A stretch of 64,000 nucleotides of DNA, taken from contig NC_058368.1 of assembly GCF_018350175.1 (NCBI RefSeq), forward strand, positions 212,910,001 to 212,974,000. Reading direction: 5' to 3'. This document shows, piece by piece, positions 50,941 to 64,000 of this stretch; the stretch's first letter is position 1; every line of letters starts with the position of its first letter. Source of the stretch: Felis catus (lineage: Eukaryota). The translations under genes were made by a program, and so were the position numbers. The notes beneath the pieces are model-generated. The model saw only the letters and a list, made by a program, of their open reading frames with translations. It did not search any database and was not told the DNA's origin.

Positions 50941-52225
50941 ATACACACACCTTTTGGCTTTCTAAACCAGAACCATCCAGTATGTATGCATATGTATATA
51001 TTTTAAATGATATGTATATTATACACATATATAACATTTAAGCCATGAATAAATATATTTATGAGAACTTTTGTACATTATTTGATAGCAAATCATTCTT
51101 ACAAAGACAGGTATGATATAATAATAGCATAAAAGAGGCCTCATTTATTGAGCTCCAACTTTGTGATGTGGATAGCACTAAAAGCTTCAGATAGATTATC
51201 TGTAATCCTTCCAACAGGGAGCAGTAGTTTGGACAAAGACTGTGCGATTTGCCCCAGATCACACTGCTAAAAAGTGTTCAACTCAAGCTCTGAATGTAGG
51301 TCTGTCTGAGGACAATGTCTGCACCCTGTACTCCTTCAAATAAGGAAATCGAGAGAGGCCCTGTTTGGAAGTGACCAAATGAAGCTCGTCTTACGAAGAT
51401 GGTCATTATCCACTTTGGGCAAGGACTATCCAAAGCCATATATCTATCATTAAGAAGGTGCTCCTTTTCCACTTTGGACTCTGTGGAATGAACAGTTTTG
51501 AAAACCGGCACACACACAACCCCCCAACCAGCCTGAGGAGTGCACTGCTCACCCTGCTCTGAGAAAGAATTTGCTGGAAGGACACAGAGTTTGAGGGCCC
51601 ACATAGCAAAGTACGCCAGAAGCAACAAAACAATGGCACCAAGTGAGGTGTGGCCGGCTGTCTTTGGTGCCACCTCTCAGATGAGTTCTCTGCTCAATCC
51701 TTAGTGTGGCCAAAACTTCTGACCCTAGTCCACCCTTGGAAAATGCATCAGTAAAACACCACTAATGGAGTGGGAAGCTCGAGAATACCCAAGGGGAAGT
51801 GACGCTACCACAGGAGAGAAAAGCAGAGTCGCCAAAAAGATGGCCGAAAGAAAGAGCCTTCTAAAACCCAAAATATCTTATGCCATCAAGCTTTGGAAAA
51901 ATTAGGCATGCAAAACTTTGGCATTCCTTCGTCCATCTTCTCCCCCACCATGCTCCCAGTCGAAAAAGCCTTGGAAGTGTATAGACATCTGCTCAGCATG
52001 GCCACAAGTACCCACAAAAAGCAATTCTCCTTCCTGCAGCAGTTGGAAAAGTGGGGTGACGGACATGGAGGAGGGGGGAACTGGTCAGAAAAAAAAAAGA
52101 CAAAAAGTTCAGTGACATTCAGACGTGAACCTAGGGATTTTTGAATGGTTCAGAATAGGACACTGTCACCTCTGATTTAATTAGAAGACTGTTTTCGGGA
52201 TGCTGAAGGTCTCGGCTCATAATCA

Positions 52226-52438
<213 letters not shown>

Positions 52439-53737
52439 TCACCATAAAGGGACCATTCTCCCTCTTCAGCTGCAGCGTGTCACTACATGTTACTTTTGGC
52501 AGCTGGGGCAAGCGGTATTGTCACAGTTCTGCACTTGGATATAACATGACCACATCAAGATCCTCAAAGGAGAAGAAGGCCTTTTGGACACGTGTTCCTT
52601 TGAAATGGGAGAGGAACATAAAAGCACTGTGGACTTCACTGCCTCAACCACATAACTGTAATTTTCAGCACCTGAGAATCCAGCACTGGAGGAGTAAGAA
52701 GTAAATTTGTCTTCCTTTCCATTCACATTTTTTTAATACCTACAATCAACCGTGGAGGTCAACCGAGTTGTTACTACTGTGCAACAAACCTGATGTTATG
52801 TAGATGTGGAATGACAGGGAAGTCTGTGTGTGACAACACAAGTCTTGTGCACAAGACTTATGCACAAGTATGATAAAGCTGGCACCATTCACAGGGAAAA
52901 GTTTGACATTATTGATATTCTTTGAAATATTTCTGGAATCTCTTCAGAATAAAAGCAGCTCAGGTGAACACGAGGGTTTATATCTCTGTAGTGTCGGGAG
53001 CACCATAACAATTATTTTTTGGACAATATTCGTCAGTGCATCAATAGTAACAAAATTAAAATTGCTAACATTTATTGGACATATATAACAATAAAAGCTC
53101 TGTTTATTGAGCACTTTATACATATAAACTCATTGAATCTTTACAAGACTCTCTGTGATTCGGGCACATTATCCTATGTTACAGATGAGGAAACTGAGGC
53201 ATTGAGAAACTGGGTCCTCCCTGCTTCACAGCACTCCCTCTCACAAAAGCAAAGGCAGATTACACGGATAAGAATCATTACTCTTCTCGTTATGATTTCA
53301 TTTTTGAGGAAATATGTGGCCTGCAGGACCCCAAAGGGAAACATGGGCTTCCAACATGTGGCAATAAACTGTTGTTTCTATGAATTACCATTATGACCCC
53401 TACAGATCTCTGGAAGTAAAACAAGGAATTCAGCCCGCTAGAGTTCAACATCAAAGTCAGTTGTTCACACCAAGCCCCTAGTCCACAGTGGACACGTGGA
53501 GCCCAGCAGCTAAGCAGTGAGGATGCCTGGGGAGTGTGCAGCCAGGGCTCGGGGCACTCACTCTGCTCTTATAGACAAAGCTCCATAAAGAGTCGGTGGC
53601 TCTGGAACTTCTACCACAGCTTAAATCAGACAAACATTAACTAACTGTATACCACACACAAGGTTCTGTGATAGCCAGCACAGGACACGTCATGAATGTC
53701 TTGAACAGTCTCCACCACCATCACAGAGGGGTTTAGA

Positions 53738-53866
53738 GGGGCACCTGGGTGGCTCAGTCAGCTGGGCATCTGACTCTTGGTTTCGGCTCAGGTCATGATC
53801 TCACAGCTATAAGATTAAGCCCCCCGTTAAGCTCCCCGTTAAGCACCTGCTTGGGATCCTCTCTCC

Positions 53867-53902
<36 letters not shown>

Positions 53903-53913
53903 AAAAAAAAAAA
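53738..53913 (+). mobile_element. Short older CanSINE
   Basis: Typical head, (CT)n and A tail. Degenerate TSD AGAGGG(G/A)TT(T/C)AGA. Confidence 0.9.
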
Positions 53914-55419
53914 AGAGGGATTCAGAAATAGACACGTAAATAACTGAAGTTATTACAGGGTAACAGTTAGCTTACTATAGCAGGAGGCGGGGGGAATACA
54001 AAGAAACAATGCAGAGGTTAGAGGAAGAGGCAAGAGGCTCCCACACTCCTAAGGGGGATGGTTTCGAGGGAGGTGGAGGAGCAGGTATCGGCTGGTCCTA
54101 AATGTGTGAATAGGATTTTAATAGAAGGAGAGCAGGATGGAAAGGCGTGCTTGGCAGAGCCTGTGGCACAGGCAAAGGTGCAAATGTGTATGACATCAAG
54201 TAGGCAGCTGGGAGCCTCAGTCTAGAGCATGAGAAAAGGCAGAGGCAAAGAATTTATTTGTGGGGGCATCTGTATAACCATAATCCTATTAATAGCAACC
54301 ATTTATTAATTGCTTACTCTGTGCCAGGGAGCTGTTAAAAGATAAATAAGACAGAGCTGAGGACAGAATTCATTAAGGACTAGATCCGCTCTCAATGAGC
54401 ACAGATTAAATTTCAAGCCACCAAACAAAACTTGACAAAGTCCTCCTCCTTCATATGAAACCTCCCAAACACCAAGGAAGCTGCAACATGCACGGCAGCT
54501 GTGCCCGTAGTGAGTGAGTTACAGCCACTGCCACCAGCCAGGGGACCCAGCGGGGTGCTCAAGGCCCAGGCAACACAGTCTCTGTTAAGGAGCCAGGTCC
54601 ATTTGCCAGGAAGACCCCCAATTCTAAGAATGTCCAGAACATTCTTCATCCCAAGGAGGAACCCATTTCTTATAAGCATGCAATCAATACTTATTGATTC
54701 ATTTATAATTGATTTGAGATACCAAGACTCAAAAGGAATGGTATTTTGTAGGCAAAGAGGGTCAGAGTTTCTAAGTTCCGGGAAAGAGTATTCTCCAGAC
54801 ACAGAAGAAAGAAAATACTTAACCCTAAAGGGTTTTAGTCTGTGGAATTAGAAAATACATATACAACTGGAAACAGTAACTATCTCTGTTATGAAATAGG
54901 AAAACACTCTTTTCTGAAAGAAGTGAAATACAATGTAATAAATCTGTCTACCACAATCCAAAGAGGAATAACTGTAGAGTTTTGTCTTCTAGAAAAAAAA
55001 AATGGAAACAATAATGCTTAAATAAATCTGAGCCAAACTAAATAGTTCCCTTGTCACAACCATAATCGATACTGTAACTTCTCACTTTTGTGGGCATTTC
55101 TTATTGTAATATGTCAGTAACATTTCCCATACACAGGGTGTTGAACACTGGAAAAGCAGAGTTAGCTTGGCATGATGCCCCATCAGCGAGGACAAATTTA
55201 ATTCAGTAGACAACTGGGTGCCTCTAGAGATTTACGAGTGTAACAGAAGAATGACATGATCAGAATCATGCCTTGGGAAATAGCAATGGATTAGAATGGG
55301 GAGACACGGAGGGTTCACAGCCACAGTAATCCAGGCAAGAGGTTACAAGAGGCTCTAATGGGAAGTCACACACCAAAAAACTAAACATGGCTCTTTGGGT
55401 AGTTAGAATTACAGGAAAA

Positions 55420-55450
<31 letters not shown>

Positions 55451-56018
55451 GCATTTTTCTGAATCTAGTAAATTATAAGTACAAAATATTTACTGCTTTT
55501 ACAATCGTAAGAGGGAGAGTCCTTGAGAATAAAAGCAGAGGACAGTGCAAGAGGAATCTCAAGACTCTGAAGAGTTAGGGAGTGAGGGACAACAAAAAGA
55601 GAGGCACATTGCTGATGACGCCAAAGAGGAAAGGAAAATGGGATGTTATTAAAGGAAAGCGCAGAGCCAGATGGCGGAAGAGGGATATGAGGTGGAAATG
55701 GTAATGACTTCAGTTAGGGTCACGGTCAACCCAAGGTGACTAACTACAGAATGCCCAAGTGACAACACCAGGCTAGAGTTGGAAACAGCAGTCTGACGCC
55801 AGAAAAAAGAGTGAGCACTAGAGAGTATTGGATGCCATTTCCAAATGGCTTCAAGTGAAACCAGGGAGTGACCACATTGGATAAGAAAGAGAAGGAGAAG
55901 GGTTGAGCACAGACACCTTGTGGATGCTGTTTCTAGTGGGCAGGAGGAGGAAGAGGAGACAGAAAGGAGCTAACAGAGAACCAAAGAATGCTGTGCCACC
56001 AAAACCAAGAAAAACAGG

Positions 56019-56130
56019 GTTAGGGAGTGGGGAAGAGGAGAAGGTGGGTGATGGGCATTGAAGAGGGCACTTGTTGGGATGAGCACTGGGTGTTGTATGG
56101 AAACCAATTTGACAATAAATTATATTTAAA

Positions 56131-56202
<72 letters not shown>
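56019..56202 (+). mobile_element. 5'-truncated felid-type L1 with (GAAA)n tail
   Basis: GGGATGAGCACTGGGTGTTGTATGGAAACCAATTTGACAATAAA terminus. TSD AAAAACAGG at 56010-56018 and 56203-56211. About 18 GAAA units. Confidence 0.92.
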
Positions 56203-56254
56203 AAAAACAGGATTTCCAGAAACAAATGGGTGGAAACAATACAGAATTCTCTAG

Positions 56255-56468
56255 AGCTGTGCTGCCTAATAGAGCAGCCACCAGCCACATGTGTGACCAT
56301 TTACATTTAAATTAATTAAAATTAAATAAAATTTTAAATTTGGTTCCTCGGTCACACTTGGCCACATTTCAGGTGCTCAATGGCTCCGTATGGCTAGTAG
56401 CCACCATACTGGGCAACCTAGAACAGAACAGAGGCAGCGTCACAGAGAGTTTCACTGGACAGCACTGC
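56255..56468. mobile_element. MER3-like hAT MITE
   Basis: CTGTGCTGCCTAATAG...TTTAAATTAATTAAAATTAAATAAAAT...CACTGGACAGCACTG. Confidence 0.75.
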
Positions 56469-57689
56469 TTTAGAGGCACAGAGGCTTGTTCTGAGGTAGG
56501 CCAATGGCTTTGGTAGTGAGGTCATAGGTGACCTTGATGATGGCACTTTCAGAGTGGTGAGCACTAATGTCATATTCTTTCAATGCTCCTGAGCAAGGGA
56601 TCAAGAAGATGAAAAAGAAGTCTGCTAGTGAAAAGTAGGGCAGGGAAGGTGATTCTTTGAAGTTGGTTCAGGAGTGAGGAAAGTGTTGCTTTGTTTTGTT
56701 TTAAACATCACGGAGTCCCAAGCTAGCATTTAGAGTAAGGGCACAGAATATTTGTGAAAGAGGAAGTAACCTGCTCACCATCAAGCCCTCCTGTGGCCAG
56801 GGAGCTGGAACTGGCAAAAGGTACCCACACTGGGATACCAAGCTAAAACATCACAGAATACATCCAAGAAATGAATGCCTGGAGTTTACCTGGACTGACC
56901 TTGCCTCACTCTACCCTCTCCGAATGTCTAGGTGTTAAATGCTTGTCATGAGCTAGGCTGGTCCAGTCTTCCTCCCATCAGTAATAACAGCACCACTTAC
57001 TGCGTGATTCCATTGTGAATGGCATTTCCTATAGCATTTCATTCTTTATTCCTCATAAAAACTCCACGAAGAAGATCTAAGTATGATTGCCACCTTCCAG
57101 ACAAGGAAACTGCGGCTCAAGGAAATTAATGTGCCCCAAGCCACTTAGCTAATAAACAACAGTGGCAGGATTCAAATGCAAGCCAGACTCAAACACTGGT
57201 GCCATGCCATACCTGCTCTACCTTCATTTCATCAGAGTTTGGGGTGTTCCAAGTTTTAAAACTGAACAACGCAATGGGATGACAAAAATGTTAAAAACAA
57301 AGTAACACAGAAAGAAAGATCAGAGGAGGAAGCGTCTAAATGTTACAGTTCAAAGATTGTATGAAAGTTCTTTTTCTTTTCTCATGGTCACAAACTGACT
57401 TTAATGGGCATATACTATTTTTATAGCAAAACATAATAAATCTAATCTCTCCTCAATGTTTCTATTTTTCCACTTTTAGCAAGTCAATTTATGTGCATCA
57501 CCTAGCTCTACTTCACTTTCATCTTCACCTTAATTAGTGCTGAGTTAATCAGGAAGTCAAGAAAGCTCTACAGTAATCTTACAGTCCTGGACAGGATCAC
57601 CTAAATAACCTGCCACCTAACTTACATCCAAAGACAATAATGCCAATGAATAAGAATGCCAAGAGGTGCTATTAAAAACTCTACAAGTA

Positions 57690-57912
57690 GGGGCGCCTGG
57701 GTGGCGCAGTTGGTTAAGCGTCCGACTTCAGCCAGGTCACGATCTCGCGGTCCGTGAGTTCGAGCCCCACGTCAGGCTCTGGGCTGATGGCTCGGAGCCT
57801 GGAGCCTGTTTCCGATTCTGTGTCTCCCTCTCTCTCTGCCCCTCCCCCGTTCATGCTCTGTCTCTCTCTGTCCCAAAAATAAATAAACGTTGAAAAAAAA
57901 AATTAAAAAAAA
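57690..57912 (+). mobile_element. Young felid CanSINE (SINEC_Fc-like)
   Basis: CpG-rich and nearly identical to the 60560 and 62560 copies. TSD AAAAACTCTACAAG at 57674-57687 and 57913-57926. Confidence 0.97.
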
Positions 57913-58399
57913 AAAAACTCTACAAGGCAATATATATCATCTTCTCTCTAGATTTTGTTAAACCTATCCTTTCAGTCTTATTTTCCATCGTTTGAATCCC
58001 CTACCCCCCATAGTATATTCTGAATTCCTGTAACAATATAATTTGGGCAAATCTGATAATTTTTTTGAGTACTCATCAAGACCAAACAATCCAGTAATCA
58101 GTAAATATGAACACAGTGTCCATATGTTTTTTTAATCCAATGGCAAGTTAAGTATTAATTAAAAGAGGGCCTTTTCCTAGAACTTGTATGGAGGAAGCAC
58201 AGGGAGAGGAGGATGTTGAAAAACTTTTTCTGAACATATATCCGATTCTTCAGGCACAAAATCTCAGAGAGGACCCTTTACTGATAATGGACACCAGAAT
58301 CTTGGTCCAGGTCCCCCTGCCTGCCATAACATTCTGTCTACTGCTTCTACTCTGAGGAGGAAAGGGCTTCAGGGCCTATGGCAAACATGGACATTTGTT

Positions 58400-58842
58400 T
58401 CCCATCATCCATTCTTCTTTCTCCATTAGTAACAGATTCCTAAATTGATTTGGGACAACAATGAGTCCAGCTGAAAGCGCACATTTACTGCCCTCCCTCA
58501 CAACTAGGGGTAGCAAATGATATGTAAGAAGTTAATGAGAGAGGCTTCCAGAGAGCCTTCAAACAGAACTGAGTCAACGGAGATGGTCTCTTTCCCCCTT
58601 CATCTTGCCTAGATTGAAGACACAATCCCTGGAGTCCTAGCCACCATCTTGTGATCTTGAGGATGGACACCGTTCACTAAGATTAAAGGTGCCAAAAAAC
58701 AGAAGAAGTTTGCATCCTTGATGACATTATGGAACGACCACCTCTGCTCTCAACTGCCCACCTCTGTAAAGGATAAACCTCTACATTTGTTTAAATCACT
58801 ATAGGTGGGAGTTTTGCATGCAGATGTAATTCTTAATGCACC
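58400..58842 (+). mobile_element. MLT1-like (MaLR) solo LTR remnant
   Basis: GCCACCATCTTGTGATCTTGAGG, TCCTTGATGACATTATGGA and TTGTTTAAATCACTATA motifs typical of old MLT1. Confidence 0.6.
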
Positions 58843-59369
58843 TACATCCATTCCTAGGCTGTATTAGATAAAGTTGGTTAATTTGTTAATGGAATGTATG
58901 GCCTGAACTTATCTATAAAACTATACCAAGAAGAGTTTATGAACTTACCATTTTTTGAGTACTATATATAATCATCAAAGCAAACTAACACTAATAATAA
59001 AGCTAATACTTGTTAAACACTCATTATGTTTCAAGAAGTTTTCTATGTATCTCACATACATTATCTCATTTATTACTCAGCCTGATATGAAGAAGTAAGT
59101 ACTATTATTATCATTAGAAGAAACTAAGACTTGCGGGGGAGGGCAGGGTTGCATCAATTTGCCAAGAGCACAGCCCCTCAGAGAGACTGATGCCAGAGCC
59201 CAAAACCTGACAACCATCAGGTGAAAAAGAAAGGGTACCTAATCAGAAACACCAAGGATACTTTGTAGGTTATATAGAGTACACTGTGTAACTCTTCAAT
59301 TAAATTTTCAAGAAGCAGAAAAACTGAATTCATGGAAAAAATATGTTTTAAAAAGTTGACCCAAAATTA

Positions 59370-61480
59370 CACTGATTATACACTAATATAATGCAATGAG
59401 AAGGACACAGCATCGCTTTTGTAGTACTCTTGCCAAGTAAGTTTAAACTCAATCTTACCATGTGAAAACAACAGATAAATCCAAACTGGGAGACATTCTA
59501 CAAAATAACAAACTCATCAGAAGTGTCAGGTCATAAGTGACAAAGATTAAGAAAATATCACAGATTGGTAAAGATTAAGGAGATACAACAACTAAATGGT
59601 TTGGATCCTGGAACAGAAAAAGATCATTAGGAGGAAAGGTAGTAAATTTCAAATAAGACTTGTAGTTTAGTTAGTAGTATTGTACCAATGTTAATATTCT
59701 TATTTTGATAATTGTACTATGGTTATTTAAGTTGTTAACATTAGAGGAATCTGGGTAAAAGATATACATGAACTCTCTATATTATTTTTGCAGATTTTCT
59801 TTAAGTCTAAAATTATTTCAAAACTATTTTTTTAAGTTTTTCAAAAATTACCTCTAAAAAGAAGTTAGGTCCAGATACAGAGTTGAATTGTTTCCATCTT
59901 TCAAGGAATATTCTTATGGTATATAAACTGTTCTAGAGCACAAAAACAATGGAAAGTGTCCCGATTAATTTTATAAAGCTAATATAAACCTGATATTAAA
60001 ATTGGCAGTACCACCTCAAGCAAGAAAACTACTGTCCAATCTCACTCATGAATATAGACTCAAAAATCCTAAATAAGATTCTAAAAACATAAAATCAGCA
60101 GTGCATCTAAAAAAGTCATCATGACAAAATGTACTTAATTCCAAGAATACTACAAGGGCTCAATATTAGGAAATTTATTAAAAGTATATGTCAAGTGCAT
60201 TTGATAACATTCACTGCTCATTTCCAATTTTTAAAACCACACTTAAGAAACTAGAAATAAAAGGATACCTTAACATGTACTTCAGTTCAAGAAGTCAAAA
60301 ATTAATATATATATCGTGTATATATATATATATATATATAATATATATAATATAATATTATTCTGGAGGTTCTTGCCAATGCAATAAGAAAAGAAAAATA
60401 TATATTCAACTTCAAAATGAAGGAAAAACTCTTGTTCTTATATGAAAATGATATAAAAACTACTGGAACAGAGGATTTAATATGTGGAATTCTTGCAAAA
60501 TAAATAAATAAAAATTCATAGCTTATCTACATAACAACTACAATTATAAAATGTAATGGGGGAGCGCCTGGGTGGCGCAGTCGGTTAAGCGTCCGACTTC
60601 AGCCAGGTCACGATCTCGCGGTCCATGAGTTCGAGCCCCGCGTCAGGCTCTGGGCTGATGGCTCGGAGCCTGGAGCCTGTTTCCGATTCTGTGTCTCCCT
60701 CTCTCTCTGCCCCTCCCCCGTTCATGCTCTGTCTCTCTCTGTCCCAAAAATAAATAAACGTTGAAAAAAAAATTTTAAATAAAAAATAAAATGTAATGGG
60801 AAATGATCACCATCATAGTAACAACCGGAAAACATAACCTCTAAGAATGAACTCAACAAGAATGGTACAGAATATAAATAAAGAAACTGAAAAACTTAGC
60901 TTATGGACATAAAAAGAAGTTCAAATATATAAAATAATTTAAAAGTTAGATGATGTAAGGATGCAGAAAAACAGACAATCTCATAGCTTGTTGCAAAAGC
61001 ATAAAGTGGTAAACCTCTTTAGAGGTCAACTTGGCAATATCTATCAAAACTTAAAACTTTTGACCCAGAAATTCTACTTCAAGAAACTTATCCTACAGAT
61101 AATATGTATGTATAACTATGTGTATGTGCATGTGTGCACGCACATACAAAGCCACTCAATATAGGACTGTTCTTAATAGTAAAAAGCTGAGAACAGCATA
61201 AATATTGAAAAATGACAGACTATTTACATAAAGATGGCATATCAGCATTACAAAATACTATGTAGCCACACTTGAAACAGTATCAACACTTTATTAAAAA
61301 ATATTTTCGTAAATATTTTTTTTATAAAATAAGCAAGACGTACATACTTCTACATATTATCAATATACTTTTAGCTGGGTGGCAGAATTATAGTAACTTA
61401 CTTTCTGCCCTGTGATTTTCTATTTCTCTCAAATTTTCTTAATACTCATGTATTATAATTAGCAAGGAAAAGTAATACAA
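59370..61480 (+). mobile_element. Ancient L1 remnants (3' UTR piece, then degenerate ORF2)
   Basis: ATTGTACCAATGTTAAT...ATTGTACTATGGTTAT 3' UTR motif. CCAATCTCACTCATGAATATAGA and GCATTTGATAA ORF2 motifs. Confidence 0.7.
60560..60785 (+). mobile_element. Young felid CanSINE (SINEC_Fc-like)
   Basis: TSD ATAAAATGTAATGGG at 60546-60560 and 60786-60800. Confidence 0.97.
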
Positions 61481-62559
61481 GCTTTACCTGCAGATGCAAG
61501 AAATGCTTGCATTGCCCTGGCCCATTTATACTGTGCATTCACATCATTTTCTCCAAATAAATACTATGTTTGCATTACCAACTTACAAAACTCAGGATAA
61601 ATGTTTTTCATTTTTCACCAGTCTCTACTACTATCTCAGTGAACTCAATGCTATAGCCAATAACATAATTACATTCTGATCTGTGGTCAAAAAGTGAAAG
61701 CAGCACTTTGCTTATGCAAAGAGAAGGGGAAAGACAACCATGGCAGCAAGGAGGAAAAACATGGTGTTTACCCTACAAGCCTCAAATCTCCAATCTTATC
61801 CACTACAGGAAGCAGTAGCTACTTGTGTTTCATCAACTTTTGTTTATCCCTGTGAGAACTGTGTTTTATTATCTGTTTATGCACAATGCTCTATTGCTTG
61901 GGTTGCTTGAATAAGCCAGGGTATCAGAGCAGGAAACTGAGGTGGATGCTTCGATGTTTAGATCCTGTCTAACCATATCTCAACAGCAAGAACTGGGAAG
62001 TCGAGCTCAGCATAAACAAGCCATTTGCGATAAGCACACTTATGATTCCCTATAACTGCTCAGCTTTGAGCAGTCAAGATGCAGTATTTAAGAAAATGTG
62101 CCATTACTCTATACTGTCTCCTTCAGAGAGAGCCCTAATCACATATGGAGAAAATGTTTTGTATCTGTGATCTTCATGGCCTTCTTAAACACCCTCCATC
62201 ACAGGAACACTGGGAACTTCCCCAGATCCATTTTAAGAAATTATATTCTTTCAATCATATGTGTTGGTGGATCTCAAACTTCTACAAAGGAGAAGCTTAA
62301 TGGGCAGTAATCTGGAAGGAAGAGGGGCTGGGAGCAGTAGCTTTTAAAAGGTTTTACCTCAATTTACAGTAATAGTTGTTTTACTTTCACACTATAACCC
62401 ATTACAAACACATGTGTAACATGCATAAATACATACACACATACAATTATATTTCCAAAATAAAAGTTTTATGAAATAATACACATGCAATGTGTAATAC
62501 ACTTTGGCATGTTCTATTATGTTGATATATTCTAGTCTATTCTATTAAAAATTATGCCC

Positions 62560-62776
62560 GGGGCTCCTGGGTGGCGCAGTCGGTTAAGCGTCCGACTTCA
62601 GCCAGGTCACGATCTCGCGGTCCGTGAGTTCGAGCCCCGCGTCAGGCTCTGGGCTGATGGCTCGGAGCCTGGAGCCTGTTTCCGATTCTGTGTCTCCCTC
62701 TCTCTCTGCCCCTCCCCCGTTCATGCTCTGTCTCTCTCTGTCTCAAAAATAAATAAACGTTAAAAAAATTAAAAAA
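62560..62776 (+). mobile_element. Young felid CanSINE (SINEC_Fc-like)
   Basis: TSD AAAAATTATGCCC at 62547-62559 and 62777-62789. Confidence 0.97.
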
Positions 62777-63070
62777 AAAAATTATGCCCAAATCTCACTA
62801 ACATTCTTCCAGTAGTCAATCATGGTGGCAACCTGCAGTTGGAAACACACTGAGGAGGGGTCTTTAGGGCCTGGATTTACAACCATCTGGAGGACTGGAG
62901 AGAGCTATGCTCACTCCCAAACAAGTCTGTTGCCATCACCAGTATGAGGTACCTGCTTGCTGAGTTCTCAGAGAAGAAAAGCGTGAGAACTTACAAGAAG
63001 TCCCCAGAGTGTTCAATATCACAGATTTCTAAAACCCTTTTTATGGAACCAGATCTATTGAGGTAATTCA

Positions 63071-63950
<880 letters not shown>

Positions 63951-63951
63951 T

Positions 63952-64000
<49 letters not shown>
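63951..64000. repeat. (TG)n followed by (GA)n microsatellite
   Basis: Directly visible; runs off the window edge. Confidence 0.92.

Larger units (their letters stand above)
55200..56700 (-). mobile_element. Degenerate L2 hosting L1 and MER3-like insertions
   Basis: Purine-rich reverse L2-like sequence (GAGGTCATAGGTGACCTTG...GCACTTTCAG). Confidence 0.5.

Noticed and set aside
57690..57770. tRNA-like A and B boxes (TGGCGCAGTTGG, GTTCGAGCC)
   Set aside because: These are the tRNA-derived heads of CanSINEs, not tRNA genes.

Overview
Mammalian genomic DNA from a cat-family carnivore (Felidae). The assignment rests on about 26 tRNA-derived CanSINEs, including four near-identical young felid-type copies, and on felid/carnivore L1 3' ends. 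The window holds the 3' part of NPR3 (natriuretic peptide receptor C, the clearance receptor) on the minus strand: coding exons 2-8 (63145-63267, 52235-52401, 15619-15754, 9845-9939, 8338-8473, 6357-6444, 5210-5321). All have GT-AG boundaries and consistent phases, giving 857 coding nt that end in TAA. A long 3' UTR runs toward position 1, and exon 1 lies beyond the right edge. The introns are filled with CanSINEs, L1/HAL1, L2, MIR, LTR and hAT remnants and microsatellites. I found no prokaryote-type or wholly new system, and nearly all listed ORFs are noise or repeat-derived. The best leads are RNA-processing features around the transmembrane exon: a NAGNAG acceptor that toggles a juxtamembrane cysteine, an exon 6-to-8 junction that would spell an in-frame stop (clean soluble receptor), and a possible intron-6 polyadenylation route. 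A tiny L1 insertion in the 3' UTR and several same-site or inverted SINE insertions are also notable. Repeat family names come from recalled consensus sequences, not a database search, and repeat boundaries are approximate unless a target-site duplication (TSD) is given.
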